Source: a bacterium (lineage in GTDB: Bacteria > SM23-81 > DAOVCL01). Taken from it: a DNA stretch of 64,000 nucleotides. Location of the stretch: contig JAOZPP010000003.1 in NCBI GenBank assembly GCA_029932675.1, positions 10,079-74,078 of the forward strand, in the 5' to 3' direction. The notes beneath the pieces were generated by a model. It made no database searches, had not been told where the DNA came from, and was given only the letters and a program-made list of their open reading frames with translations. The position numbers and the translations under genes were made by a program. Every line of letters starts with the position of its first letter. Positions within the stretch are counted from its first letter, which is position 1. Shown piece by piece: positions 47,985-57,965 of this stretch.

Positions 47985-50516
47985 CTATCTCAACATAATT
48001 AGCTTTTGGGCTTCAGTATAATTCCCAGCCTTCAACCTGCAGAGATAGACACCGCTTCCCACTCTTTGGCCCCTCTCATTCTTCCCATCCCAAACAACCT
48101 CATAGAAATCCGGCCCTTGCTCCTCGTCTACTAAAGTTTTCACTTCTTGGCCCAAAACATTATAGATTCTTAAACTGACTGCTAACTGTTGGCCTCTCAC
48201 AGCCGAGAATTGGTATCTAATGATTGTCCGCTGATTGAATGGGTTTGGAAAACCCTGGTATAACTTGCAGAACTTTGGCAAAATTTTGAGAGCTTTTGCC
48301 GATACAGGGCCAAACCAGGGCTTTTCCACCTCTGGCTTGGTCACCAAAAGCTTGTAATAATAAGTAGCTCCTCCGTTAACCGTTGAGTCATAATAGGTAT
48401 ATTGAACATTTCCCATAAAGGGAGCAGGATTAATTCTGGCATATTCACCATCGAAAGTGGAGGAGCGATAAAGGTCAAACTGGGCTTTAGTTTTGTCTGT
48501 CTGCCACCTCACTCTTACATACCATTCATATCCAGTTGCCTTGAAGGCATAGACATTCACCACAGGAAGAACAGGAGGAGGCTCAATATAGGCCATTACT
48601 GGCCCATAAAATGAGCATAGACTATCCGGGTCAATGACCTCCAGCCAATAGTAATTAGTTACCCCAACTCCCGCCGAACTATCAATAAGGGATATGCTAT
48701 CCCCTACCAATAAAGATTTATTTAACTTCCTGAACTCAGAGTAGGCCCAAGGTGGGGTGTAATGGATGGTGTAGGCTCGATAAAGATTAAAACCAGCGTA
48801 CTGACCACCTGGTGCAACCTTCCAAAACACCTCAACCAGAGAGTCAACCACTTCCGCTCCAAAGTCAACTATTTGATAGGGGACATCAGATATCAATTCA
48901 TAGTCGTAGAGCTGATGGATACCTGGCCCTGAACAGGAGAAGACCAGATTTTCCCTACCGTCAGAATCCATATCACAGCAGTTGATGCTGCGGATATAGC
49001 ACCCGCAAAGGAGCGGTCCCTGCCAGATCTTTGCGTAGGCGCCTCTATTTGCCTGAAAAATTACTATCTGTGAGAATTGGGGCAGGCCAGAACCTGGGAA
49101 AAAACTGTTGCCAGCAACTATACTGGGATATCCACCGATTTCGCTTATCTCCATGCTGAGAGGGCTGCCTTTCATTGTAGAGGAATCATACCAATCCACA
49201 TAAAACTGATTAATCCCTCTGGATTTCAAAACAAAGATGCTCCCAGAATAACCATTAGCGCCCCCTTCAATGAGCTCATTCTGCCCATCTTGATCAATAT
49301 CAACTATGTGAGGACGAACACCAAAAGCTGTTAATCCCGTGTGAATATACCTCTTGGTGAAGGAATCACTTGTAGGGTCATAATCGAAGTACAATAAAAC
49401 TACTGGATTCCCTGTATAAAAGCCAGTGGAGCCGATTACCATCTCGTTGGAGCCATCGTTATCAATATCCCCAACTGCAAAATCGCAGTCAGGGGCAAAA
49501 TCATAGAGAGTATGTGTGCGAGTGAAGGTGTAAAAATCCGAGGATTTGTGGGAGAACTCATCGATGGTGATCTTGGTGTCATCCACACCATGAGGTCTGA
49601 AATGATCGCTAAACAAAATCGTTATCTCCTTTACCCCGTCATTGTCAATATCCGTGATGTCCATCTTCTCAAGTGAATAGTCAACACAATATCCATTTTC
49701 ATACGAATAATGAGAATGAACATTTGTGTTATAACAATGAAACTTATTAACACCAACAGATTCGAAAATGCGTATGGTAACTCCTGGACCACTGGTTGTA
49801 TAGAATTCTTTCTTTCCATTACCATCTATGTCCCCAACTAAAGGAAGCAACTTTCCATGGACAATGGTAGTATCCCATACCTCCTGGTATGTATCATCGC
49901 CAACATTCTTAAAAACATGCAAAGTCGTCAATGTATCAAGCCAATCTGACCAGGAGTAGGTGACAAATTCCTGAAAACCGTCGTCATCCAAATCCCCCGC
50001 TACGCTGTATTCGGTGCCATAACCATAATTCTCCGACCTCCATACCTCTCCAAATTGCACCGGGTCTCCCCAGGAAGTGCCGAAGAATCCACCTCTATCT
50101 TCAAAACCGCCCTGTTTTATCTTCTCTTGCATTATATTGTATCTCTCATTCTGACTGTTTTCATACTCCACCTGTAGTTCTGGATAAATGTTACCTCTCT
50201 GAGTTCTCCATTTTATGGATTTCACAGGTTTATCTATAACCTTAGTCCAAAAGGGTTGGGCTCTTAGTTTGCCATTTACACACCTGTAGACCTTTATGGT
50301 GTCTCCAGAGACGATGGTTATATCCTGGTAACCATCCTTATCGAAATCACCGAGGGCCACATTTGATGGTAGCTCACCAACAGGCACGCCTCGGTCTGAA
50401 ACCTGAATGCCAAAGTCCTGAGGCTTCAGATAAGCAGCCTGGCCAAAAGAGAATGGTAAAATGGCCAAAGAAGTTAATAAAAAAATGGTTAGATTTTTAG
50501 TAGTCAGTATACTCAA
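47985..50516 (-). CDS. Secreted FG-GAP/VCBS-repeat protein with a T9SS type-A C-terminal domain (843 aa)
   Basis: Signal peptide. Repeated DxDxDG..E FG-GAP blades. C-terminal FPNPFNQRTIIRYQF...LRIYNVLGQEV...WDGKNERGQRVGSGVYLCRL...KLIMLR. Confidence 0.75.
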   Translation of the reverse strand: MSILTTKNLTIFLLTSLAILPFSFGQAAYLKPQDFGIQVSDRGVPVGELPSNVALGDFDKDGYQDITIVSGDTIKVYRCVNGKLRAQPFWTKVIDKPVKSIKWRTQRGNIYPELQVEYENSQNERYNIMQEKIKQGGFEDRGGFFGTSWGDPVQFGEVWRSENYGYGTEYSVAGDLDDDGFQEFVTYSWSDWLDTLTTLHVFKNVGDDTYQEVWDTTIVHGKLLPLVGDIDGNGKKEFYTTSGPGVTIRIFESVGVNKFHCYNTNVHSHYSYENGYCVDYSLEKMDITDIDNDGVKEITILFSDHFRPHGVDDTKITIDEFSHKSSDFYTFTRTHTLYDFAPDCDFAVGDIDNDGSNEMVIGSTGFYTGNPVVLLYFDYDPTSDSFTKRYIHTGLTAFGVRPHIVDIDQDGQNELIEGGANGYSGSIFVLKSRGINQFYVDWYDSSTMKGSPLSMEISEIGGYPSIVAGNSFFPGSGLPQFSQIVIFQANRGAYAKIWQGPLLCGCYIRSINCCDMDSDGRENLVFSCSGPGIHQLYDYELISDVPYQIVDFGAEVVDSLVEVFWKVAPGGQYAGFNLYRAYTIHYTPPWAYSEFRKLNKSLLVGDSISLIDSSAGVGVTNYYWLEVIDPDSLCSFYGPVMAYIEPPPVLPVVNVYAFKATGYEWYVRVRWQTDKTKAQFDLYRSSTFDGEYARINPAPFMGNVQYTYYDSTVNGGATYYYKLLVTKPEVEKPWFGPVSAKALKILPKFCKLYQGFPNPFNQRTIIRYQFSAVRGQQLAVSLRIYNVLGQEVKTLVDEEQGPDFYEVVWDGKNERGQRVGSGVYLCRLKAGNYTEAQKLIMLR

Positions 50517-50575
50517 AACCTCACCTTGAAGTTAAACTTATCATACCCAGGTTTCCAACAATATAATACCCTTTT

Positions 50576-51820
50576 TCATCTGATGATAACCATTTTCCTT
50601 GTTTGAGTGAAAATACCCGCTTTTATCTGATAAAGGTAAACACCACTGGCCACTGGATTCCTATATTTGTCTCTTCCATCCCAATGAACAATATAGGAAC
50701 CTGGCTTTTCATATTTATTGACTAATCTCCTGACTAATTGTCCTTTGATGTTATAAACCGATAGGTTAACAAAAGAAGGCACAGGAAGAGTAAAGGAGAG
50801 TTCAGTTTCCGGGTTAAATGGGTTGGGATAGTTCTGCGAAAGGGAAAAGGCTTTTGATGGAGGTCCAGAAGTGCCCCTTCCTTTGACTCCAACACTGACA
50901 TATACCCAGATAGAGGATGTATCTGCATTCCCACAAGTATCTTCTACCTTTACAAATATTTGATATTCCCCAGGGTCTAAGTTTTGGGTATCCCAATAAT
51001 ATGGCCAGTCAGCGGCCATTCCATTAGTGGAGATGTAATTATAGGTTGAATTATTTGATCCACTTGCATAGACGGCAGATAGTTCCCAAAAGGATAACCA
51101 ACCATCGAAACGGAGATTACATTCTTCTGATTCAATAAGATTTCCGCTTTCATCCTTGACCCACCAGCAAACCAGAAAAACCCCATTGTTTAGGTCTACA
51201 CCTCCAGGATAGGAAGTGCTATCCCATGCTCTGGCCATAATATCCACTTTGCCATAAACTGTATCTATACCTGTCATTTCGTCCGGTTCTGTCCAGATGG
51301 ACTCAATGAGCGGTTTAGTGGTATCGGCAAAAGGTTGCAATGTATAGGTAAAGGCCAAAGGGTTAGTTTCATAACCGTTTTCCCCATCTTGGAAGTGAAG
51401 ATGGGTGCTGCTTCCCGTAGCTATGTAGCCCAAAGTATCTACTCCTGCCTCGACATCATCGTTAACAGATATTTGAATGTTCTCCAAATGGATATATCTA
51501 TATATGTTGCCAAAATCATCTTGAACATCTACGAAATCCTGTAATGCATCTGCTCTTGACACTATTCCATCCACTACCGGATAAACTGGCACATTTGAAG
51601 TTCCTATGTCGTGTATGTCCACACCCTTATGGAAATGGGGATAAGGAGGGGCTTCGCGATATTCTCCATAGGTAGCTGTAACTCTATGCTGTGAATTAAA
51701 GGGTGATAAAGGCCATTGATAGGTCAGCGCCTTTGTCACGCAGCTAACTGTTAAGAAAATGACACATAGGCATGAAAATAACCACGCTTTTTTGCTTTGT
51801 GAAATAGTCACTATTACCAC
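50576..51820 (-). CDS. Secreted M23-family metallopeptidase domain fused to a T9SS type-A C-terminal domain
   Basis: M23 motifs HFHKGVDI (HxxxD), PVVDGIV and GSSTHLHFQ (HxH). C-terminal LSQNYPNPFNPETELSFTL...LSVYNIKGQLV...SGVYLYQI...KMVIIR. Confidence 0.6.
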   Translation of the reverse strand: MVIVTISQSKKAWLFSCLCVIFLTVSCVTKALTYQWPLSPFNSQHRVTATYGEYREAPPYPHFHKGVDIHDIGTSNVPVYPVVDGIVSRADALQDFVDVQDDFGNIYRYIHLENIQISVNDDVEAGVDTLGYIATGSSTHLHFQDGENGYETNPLAFTYTLQPFADTTKPLIESIWTEPDEMTGIDTVYGKVDIMARAWDSTSYPGGVDLNNGVFLVCWWVKDESGNLIESEECNLRFDGWLSFWELSAVYASGSNNSTYNYISTNGMAADWPYYWDTQNLDPGEYQIFVKVEDTCGNADTSSIWVYVSVGVKGRGTSGPPSKAFSLSQNYPNPFNPETELSFTLPVPSFVNLSVYNIKGQLVRRLVNKYEKPGSYIVHWDGRDKYRNPVASGVYLYQIKAGIFTQTRKMVIIR

Positions 51821-51832
51821 CCCCCTTTCTAA

Positions 51833-53251
51833 TTACTCTTTCACTCTATAGCATAATATCCTTTGTTTAAGTGCTACTGCCATCAATTTCTTGCCTGCGG
51901 GTGTAATCATAATCTGTGTGGAGATTCTCTTTCCCTCCAGCATTTCCGAGATAAAAGGTTTTTTCCAAACGAGAACTCCATCTTTTGAGTATAGCAGGAG
52001 TTTCGGTCGGCCAGTGCTTGCTATAAGTAACACAGTGCCACTGGAGTCTATGGTCACATGAGCAACTTTAAGCCCTTTCTGTTCCCAGATTAAATCTCCT
52101 GTTTCACATTTAATTAACTTCAGACCTGGGCCATCGGTTGATTTACCAAAGAGAGCAACATATTTGTCATTTGGAGAAAAAGTAACTGAATGAAGCTCAA
52201 AGGGTAGTTCCTTTATCACTCCACCATTTCTGGCGAATAGCATAGTCGTCTCAGCCATAACCGGTCTTTCTCCCAATTGATGCCTAAAATTGTAATGTGA
52301 AGTTACCAAATACTTACCCTGGGGCGAGGTGACCACTCCGCCACCGTAATCATCGTTTAGAGGATATCTCCACAGCTCGTTTATGGAGATGGTGGGTATA
52401 GACTTCGGAGGGACTTCAATCTCACCCCACTTTGTTTCGCTAGAGGATAAATCGTAAAATATTAACCAGGGATTAGTGCTTACACCTTCAGTAGCGGTAA
52501 AGTATCCTAATTTTTCTCGAAGGTGTTTCATTTCTTCTTCGGTTTCCGAGCGAAACTTCTCTTCACCTTTTGGCCTTGGCCCATGTTCGCAAACACCGAT
52601 AGCAAGATAGCGGCCATTTTCTGAGAAACTGGGTTTAAAACTCCTCCCATTATCCCACCCAATGTCTCCAAATGGTTTTATCTGCTGGAGTAATTGCCCA
52701 TCGCAAGTGTAGAATTTTAAGATTCCCTTTTCAGCATCACTCTCTAAGGTTAACCCCTTATTAGAAATGAGTATCCCAGGCACGAGCTCATCATATAACC
52801 AAGGAGTTTCCCTTTCTCCGATTTTCTCTCCTTTAGCGTTTAGGATCTCCAATGTCCTTTTACCCCACCTCTCTGGAGTAGGTCGGATTGTAGAAGTGGA
52901 AATCACGATATAATCAGCATTCGGGGAGAAAGTTGCTTCAAACCAGTTGGGCAAACACGGATGGGTTGAAATAAGGTTAAAATTCTGGTCATAAAATTCT
53001 ATCCTGTTCTTTAGAACAACTATTTTAGGAAAGATTTTTACTTCTCCTTCTAAGCTCAGTCCGAATGCAACATCAGATATCGGCTCATCAAACCTTTTCT
53101 GCCAAATTAACCTATAAGCCACAGAATCCTTAGAGACCTGGGCTAAACACAGCCTACTTGGATTTACCCCAATCAAAAGGCAAAAGGATAGAAAGGAAAT
53201 CAGAGCCAACATTGCTTTCTGATAAGTCTTCATTGTTCTTCCCCCCTTCAT
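51833..53251 (-). CDS. Secreted PD40 (TolB-like) beta-propeller repeat protein
   Basis: Signal peptide. Repeated FSPNADYIVIS / FSENGRYLAIG / FSPNDKYVALFG motifs. Confidence 0.55.
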   Translation of the reverse strand: MKGGRTMKTYQKAMLALISFLSFCLLIGVNPSRLCLAQVSKDSVAYRLIWQKRFDEPISDVAFGLSLEGEVKIFPKIVVLKNRIEFYDQNFNLISTHPCLPNWFEATFSPNADYIVISTSTIRPTPERWGKRTLEILNAKGEKIGERETPWLYDELVPGILISNKGLTLESDAEKGILKFYTCDGQLLQQIKPFGDIGWDNGRSFKPSFSENGRYLAIGVCEHGPRPKGEEKFRSETEEEMKHLREKLGYFTATEGVSTNPWLIFYDLSSSETKWGEIEVPPKSIPTISINELWRYPLNDDYGGGVVTSPQGKYLVTSHYNFRHQLGERPVMAETTMLFARNGGVIKELPFELHSVTFSPNDKYVALFGKSTDGPGLKLIKCETGDLIWEQKGLKVAHVTIDSSGTVLLIASTGRPKLLLYSKDGVLVWKKPFISEMLEGKRISTQIMITPAGKKLMAVALKQRILCYRVKE

Positions 53252-53483
53252 TGATGGTTAACTGGCTGCCTCAACCTTCATCCCTTGTCTTGAGCTTATT
53301 ATTTTTAAGTAACCCCCTATTTTAATTGGATCTTAGTCTATTTCCTTTCTGTAGGCTAATCTTAAAATCTACTCCTCCAAATTCCAAAATAAGCCAATTC
53401 TCTTCTTTGTCAAGAGGAAAAATAGATTTTTCTCTCTGTATTATGAAAAATTTTGGGGTTATTATAGATATTCTACAAAAAGG

Positions 53484-53846
53484 ATGGTTATGAATAAAAT
53501 CGTTGTAAAATTGGGTGAAAGAATACGAGCCTTGAGAAAGATGCATAAACTCACACAAGAGCAATTAGCGGAGAAAGCAAATCTTCACCCGACTTACATA
53601 GGTCAGATCGAGAGAGGGGAAACTAGTGCAACAATTGGAATTATTTCTCGGATTGCCGATGCATTCTCCATTCGGTTGGCTGAGTTATTCGATTTCCCAT
53701 CAGGAAACGGGCCCATTACCAGGAAACAACTGCTAATTGACGAGATAGCAACCTTACTAAAAAAGGAAGAACTCAAAAATGTCGAGTTGATTAAAGCTGT
53801 TGTAGTTGAAGTCTTAAAATGGACAAAACGCAATCAACAACATTAA
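53484..53846 (+). CDS. XRE-family helix-turn-helix transcriptional regulator
   Basis: LTQEQLAEKANLHPTYIGQIERGE HTH_3 motif. Divergently oriented from the cargo operon. Confidence 0.8.
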   Translation: MVMNKIVVKLGERIRALRKMHKLTQEQLAEKANLHPTYIGQIERGETSATIGIISRIADAFSIRLAELFDFPSGNGPITRKQLLIDEIATLLKKEELKNVELIKAVVVEVLKWTKRNQQH

Positions 53847-53910
53847 GTCTTACCTTCCAGAATATTTATAGATGGCTTGTTCTAACCAGTTCGGTATCAA
53901 TTGGCCCATA

Positions 53911-56900
53911 TCATCGCAGCAGGATCATTTTCCTGGTCTGGGAAAGGTTGCCCACCCTTAACCTACAGAGATACACTCCACTGGCGACTTGGTGTCCGTA
54001 TTTGTCCTTCCCATCCCAGCTAATGGAGTATCTCCCAGGCCCTTTTCCCCCAGCAACTAAGGTCTTGACCTCTTGCCCCAGCAAGTTGTAAATCTTTAAG
54101 CTGACCACCATTTGCTGACCGCTGGCTCCTGACAACTGATACCCGATGGCTGTAGCTGAATTGAATGGGTTGGGGTAGTTTTGGAAGAGGTCAAATGTGG
54201 TGGGTAATTTGGCCGCAGATCTGTCCTCCACCCCCACTATGTAGTTGCTGTTCTGATAACCGGGGGTGCCGTAGTTTCCTGTCCCATAGGTACTGTCAGT
54301 GCAAGAGGTCCAATTTGCCCCCACGTTGTTGTCCACCAAGGGGTTAGACAATTGCATGGACCTGCCCCAATCATCAGGCCAGTTTAAACCATCGTCGTAG
54401 TAGACGAAGTCCACGACCTGATCTCCGTTCATCAGGATTATCTCGTCGTCTGAATTAGATAGCTTAAAGGCCAAATAGCTGTAGACATAATTCGGATTAT
54501 ATCCCCCGTTCTGTCCTGGATTCCCGTTGCAGCCCAAGACCACATATCCCTGCGGGGGGACCTTCAGGGGGCTGGAGATTATGAAATTGTTTGAATAGAT
54601 ATCCTTGACGGTCCAGCCTTGGATATCTATGGAATCGTCGGTGACATTATAGAGCTCAAACCACTCTCCAAGACTATCATCTACCCCATACGAGGGGTCC
54701 TTCATTATCTCGTTGATCACTACCGTAGGGGAAGAGGAGAGTTCGTCGACATCATAGGTTGTTGGGGTTAGATCCCCTCCAGAGACAATATACTGGCTCC
54801 CATTGGTTTCAATGAGCACCGTTCCATTGGCTACCTGCACCTTTGCCCCGCTATTATCTGGATCTCCTCTCTCGGTTTGATAGACGGCCTTGGTGACTGG
54901 GAGGAAATCAAGCCTGTCAAGGACATCCTGGTGGGGATGACCGAAGGTATTGCTGTCCCCTACGGAGATAAAGGCTGCCTCAGGCAGGATCACACCTAAG
55001 AAGGACCGTTGGGTGCTGGTGTTGCTCCCATGATGGCTGAGATGAAGGGCATCTACATCTCCGACTACAGATGCTACCCTTCCCTCCACATCGGCGGTGC
55101 CAAAGCCACCTCCAGTAAGATCGCCAGCGATCCAATAGTCAAAATCGCCAAATTCCACCTTAAGGCCAACAGAGAGGCTGTTTTCTGTCTGACTTGTCCC
55201 GGTGGTGTCTACCACCCCATCTCCGTAGATGTGGGCATCGACGACCAGACAGGTAGCTGTGGCTCCGCCACCTAAGTCGATTACCTGCCCAGGGGTGATT
55301 GTTTGGCGCACATCCCTAATGGCATTGAGATACTGGTTGAATTGGTTCCCTCCCACGGAGTCCCCTCGATCATAGGCGATGCCCGGCAGATAACCGCTGT
55401 TCACTACTTCATCCAACCCACCAATGTGGTCAGGGTCATAATGGGAGGCGACCATAAAGTCCAAGTTGCCTATCCCTAAGCTATCCATCAGGGGAACAAT
55501 CCTATCATATCCCATCCCATAGGGTCCTCCATCCATGAGTAATGTCTTACCGGTGGGAGAAATCATTAGGGTGGCATCCCCTTGGCCGATGTCTATGTTG
55601 TAGATTTTCAGGGTTGGCTCGGTGTGGAGGGGAACTATGTCATATGTGTTCCGCGGGTTTATTCGATACTCTCCGTGAGAATAATTGACAAGCCCGGTGA
55701 TGCTGGCCATCGTGTCCCCCATAGATGGTTCATAATGGAAACACATATCATCGATCTGACAGGTATCGCCCACCCCATCGGTTACGGTCCAGACGCCAAA
55801 GGAATCTGCCTCCTGAGCAACAACCACGTTGTTTATCTGCACCAGCACTCCCTCATAGGATTCACCTGCGGCAGAGCAGCCTTGGCCTAAAGCAGCAACA
55901 GTCGCAGTAACAGGGGTAATCCTGGAAATCCCATGGGCAAGGATCTGGTAGTCGGATACGTTGATTTCGGTGAAGCCATAATATTCAGAGACCGAACCAG
56001 TGATGGTTATGCTATCTCCCACTGAGGGATGCACCGTGTTGTCGAAGATGTAAACCCCATTCCAGCAACCGACGGAATCCTGCAGCCAGAAGTTGTCGTA
56101 ACCTATGTTTCGGGTAATTCCAGTGACGATACCAGTTATGGTTACCAAACTGTCCGCATACGGGGAAGGGTAACAATCGTTGCCACTACCCTGATTTGTG
56201 TTGTTAAACTGAACATCGTGGATGGGAAGATGGGGTGGAGGTCCTTGCATTCTACCAATGTCGTCTATACCCCGAGGGTTGATCTCGTATTCTGAGTAAG
56301 AATAGTGTACGACCCCAATGATATAGGTAAGGCTTTCTCCCACAGTGGGGTCGTAATGGAGACAACGGTCATCTATTTGGCATTCTGTTGCCCCCCCATC
56401 ATCGGAGACATACCATTCCCCATACCCATTAAGATCCTGGGTTACCACTACGGAATCTATCCTTACCAGCACCCCCTCATAGGATTCACCAGTTGCCGAG
56501 CATCCACCGGCCAGATCCGCGGAGGTCACTTTAACCGGCTCCGGCTCAGACAATCCAGTGGCCAGGATTTGATGTGAACTGGGATCGATCTCCGTTACTC
56601 CGAAATATTCACTAATTGAGCCAGTTAGGGTAATGCTGTCGCCTCGCGAAGGGTGGATGGAGTTGTCGAATACATAGATCCCATGCCACAGCCCAGATGC
56701 CTCCTGGATCCAGAAGTTATCATAGGATGTGTTCTCGGTTATACCGGTGACCACCCCGGTAATGGTTACAGTGTTACCATTCTCCGGGGATGGATAGCAG
56801 TCAGGGGAACTCCCTGGGGTTGTATTGTTATACTGCACATCGTAGATGGTGGTTGCCCTAAGGGGGAGAGTGCATACCAAGCCAAAAATCCAGGCAAAAA

Positions 56901-56925
56901 TAAGCTTTTTCATAGCTCCTCTCAA
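53911..56925 (-). CDS. Secreted 1004-aa protein with two tandem homologous roughly 198-aa N-terminal domains, an MBL-fold hydrolase domain, a lamin-tail domain and a T9SS C-terminal domain. Candidate extracellular nuclease.
   Basis: Signal peptide. Repeats at aa 25-223 and 233-430 with about 55% identity. SHYDPDHIGG MBL-like motif. VINEIMKDP...GEWFELYN LTD signature. C-terminal FQNYPNPFNSATAIGYQL...LKIYNLLGQEV...SGVYLCRL...KMILLR. Confidence 0.7.
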   Translation of the reverse strand: MRGAMKKLIFAWIFGLVCTLPLRATTIYDVQYNNTTPGSSPDCYPSPENGNTVTITGVVTGITENTSYDNFWIQEASGLWHGIYVFDNSIHPSRGDSITLTGSISEYFGVTEIDPSSHQILATGLSEPEPVKVTSADLAGGCSATGESYEGVLVRIDSVVVTQDLNGYGEWYVSDDGGATECQIDDRCLHYDPTVGESLTYIIGVVHYSYSEYEINPRGIDDIGRMQGPPPHLPIHDVQFNNTNQGSGNDCYPSPYADSLVTITGIVTGITRNIGYDNFWLQDSVGCWNGVYIFDNTVHPSVGDSITITGSVSEYYGFTEINVSDYQILAHGISRITPVTATVAALGQGCSAAGESYEGVLVQINNVVVAQEADSFGVWTVTDGVGDTCQIDDMCFHYEPSMGDTMASITGLVNYSHGEYRINPRNTYDIVPLHTEPTLKIYNIDIGQGDATLMISPTGKTLLMDGGPYGMGYDRIVPLMDSLGIGNLDFMVASHYDPDHIGGLDEVVNSGYLPGIAYDRGDSVGGNQFNQYLNAIRDVRQTITPGQVIDLGGGATATCLVVDAHIYGDGVVDTTGTSQTENSLSVGLKVEFGDFDYWIAGDLTGGGFGTADVEGRVASVVGDVDALHLSHHGSNTSTQRSFLGVILPEAAFISVGDSNTFGHPHQDVLDRLDFLPVTKAVYQTERGDPDNSGAKVQVANGTVLIETNGSQYIVSGGDLTPTTYDVDELSSSPTVVINEIMKDPSYGVDDSLGEWFELYNVTDDSIDIQGWTVKDIYSNNFIISSPLKVPPQGYVVLGCNGNPGQNGGYNPNYVYSYLAFKLSNSDDEIILMNGDQVVDFVYYDDGLNWPDDWGRSMQLSNPLVDNNVGANWTSCTDSTYGTGNYGTPGYQNSNYIVGVEDRSAAKLPTTFDLFQNYPNPFNSATAIGYQLSGASGQQMVVSLKIYNLLGQEVKTLVAGGKGPGRYSISWDGKDKYGHQVASGVYLCRLRVGNLSQTRKMILLR
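55636..56853. repeat. Intragenic tandem duplication of two roughly 600-nt units (56257-56853 and 55636-56229), encoding the duplicated N-terminal domains of the 1004-aa protein
   Basis: Protein-level repeat with about 55% identity. Shared DNA words such as cctcataggattcacc occur in both units. Confidence 0.7.
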
Positions 56926-57030
56926 GTTAAGGTGAAAAGTTTAGATTTTCTTTAAATATAATAAATTTTTTGGGAAAAATCAAGCCTATTCCAAAGGCTC
57001 TATTCCTAAAAGGTTCCCTTGGCCACGGAG

Positions 57031-57059
57031 AAAAAAATACCGCCCTTAGGGGACGGTGG
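57031..57059 (-). terminator. Candidate intrinsic terminator after mlaD
   Basis: On the minus strand, ACCGTCCCctaaGGGCGGT (imperfect) is followed by ATTTTTTTCTCC. Confidence 0.5.
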
Positions 57060-57083
57060 AGGGAAGCAAGAGATCAGAGGAAC

Positions 57084-57965
57084 TTAAAATAGCCTAAACC
57101 TAAAGTATCTCTTGGGATTCTTTTTTATGTCCGCCACAAGATCGTTCAGATTTTTAACTGTTTTTCTGAGCTCAAGATAAAGTTCCTTATCGTTTACCAA
57201 TTGGCCCAGGGAACCTTCTCCCCTCTCTACCTTGGAGCTTATCCTCCCCCAGGAGACTGATGCATCTTCCAATTTTGCTATTAGGGCATCCAGCTTCTCG
57301 GTAGTGCGAGAGAGGCGGGCCAGGGTTGTATCCACCCCACCGCCTTTCATCATAACCCTCCTTAGTCCTTGGCTCCCCTCCCTTAGATCCTCTATCGTCC
57401 CCGATATCCTCCCCCTGTTTTCCCTAACGAGGGAATCAAGCTCGACTGAGAGGTTGTGGATTGCCTCCAAGGTCTGGCTGACCATTTTCTCATTTTCAAA
57501 GGCGTTCATGGTTAGGCTCATTCCCTGTAAGACTCCAGCCAACTTGCTAATTAACTCAGAGAAGCCAGGTTGGTAATTTCCTCGGAGAGGTCCTCGCTTG
57601 GCTAAAGGGATGGAGGTTGTTCCTGGAAAGATCGAGACGAATTTTTCACCCATGAGCCCGATGTTCTCCACCGAAAAGCCTGCTCCCTGGCTTAGCTTTA
57701 CTTCTGATTTTATCTCCATAGTGACCAAGGCCTCCCCTTTAGGGCTGAGTTTCACTCTCTTCACCACACCCTCCTTGACACCATTAACCATCACTGGATC
57801 CCCTGGAGAGAGGCCACCCACCTCTGGGAATGTCACCTCTATGAGATGCCTTTGCCTGAGTAAGGCATACTGCTTTAGCCAGAGCAAACCCACGAAGAGG
57901 ACTAAAAGGGAAAGCACAACAGTAAAGCCAACCTTTAATTCTAACCCTCTCCTTCTTTCACTCAT
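57084..57965 (-). CDS. mlaD: MlaD/MCE-domain protein with a C-terminal coiled-coil
   Basis: An N-terminal TM anchor and the MCE domain (VTFPEVGGLSPGDPVMVNGVKEG...). Confidence 0.8.
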   Translation of the reverse strand: MSERRRGLELKVGFTVVLSLLVLFVGLLWLKQYALLRQRHLIEVTFPEVGGLSPGDPVMVNGVKEGVVKRVKLSPKGEALVTMEIKSEVKLSQGAGFSVENIGLMGEKFVSIFPGTTSIPLAKRGPLRGNYQPGFSELISKLAGVLQGMSLTMNAFENEKMVSQTLEAIHNLSVELDSLVRENRGRISGTIEDLREGSQGLRRVMMKGGGVDTTLARLSRTTEKLDALIAKLEDASVSWGRISSKVERGEGSLGQLVNDKELYLELRKTVKNLNDLVADIKKNPKRYFRFRLF

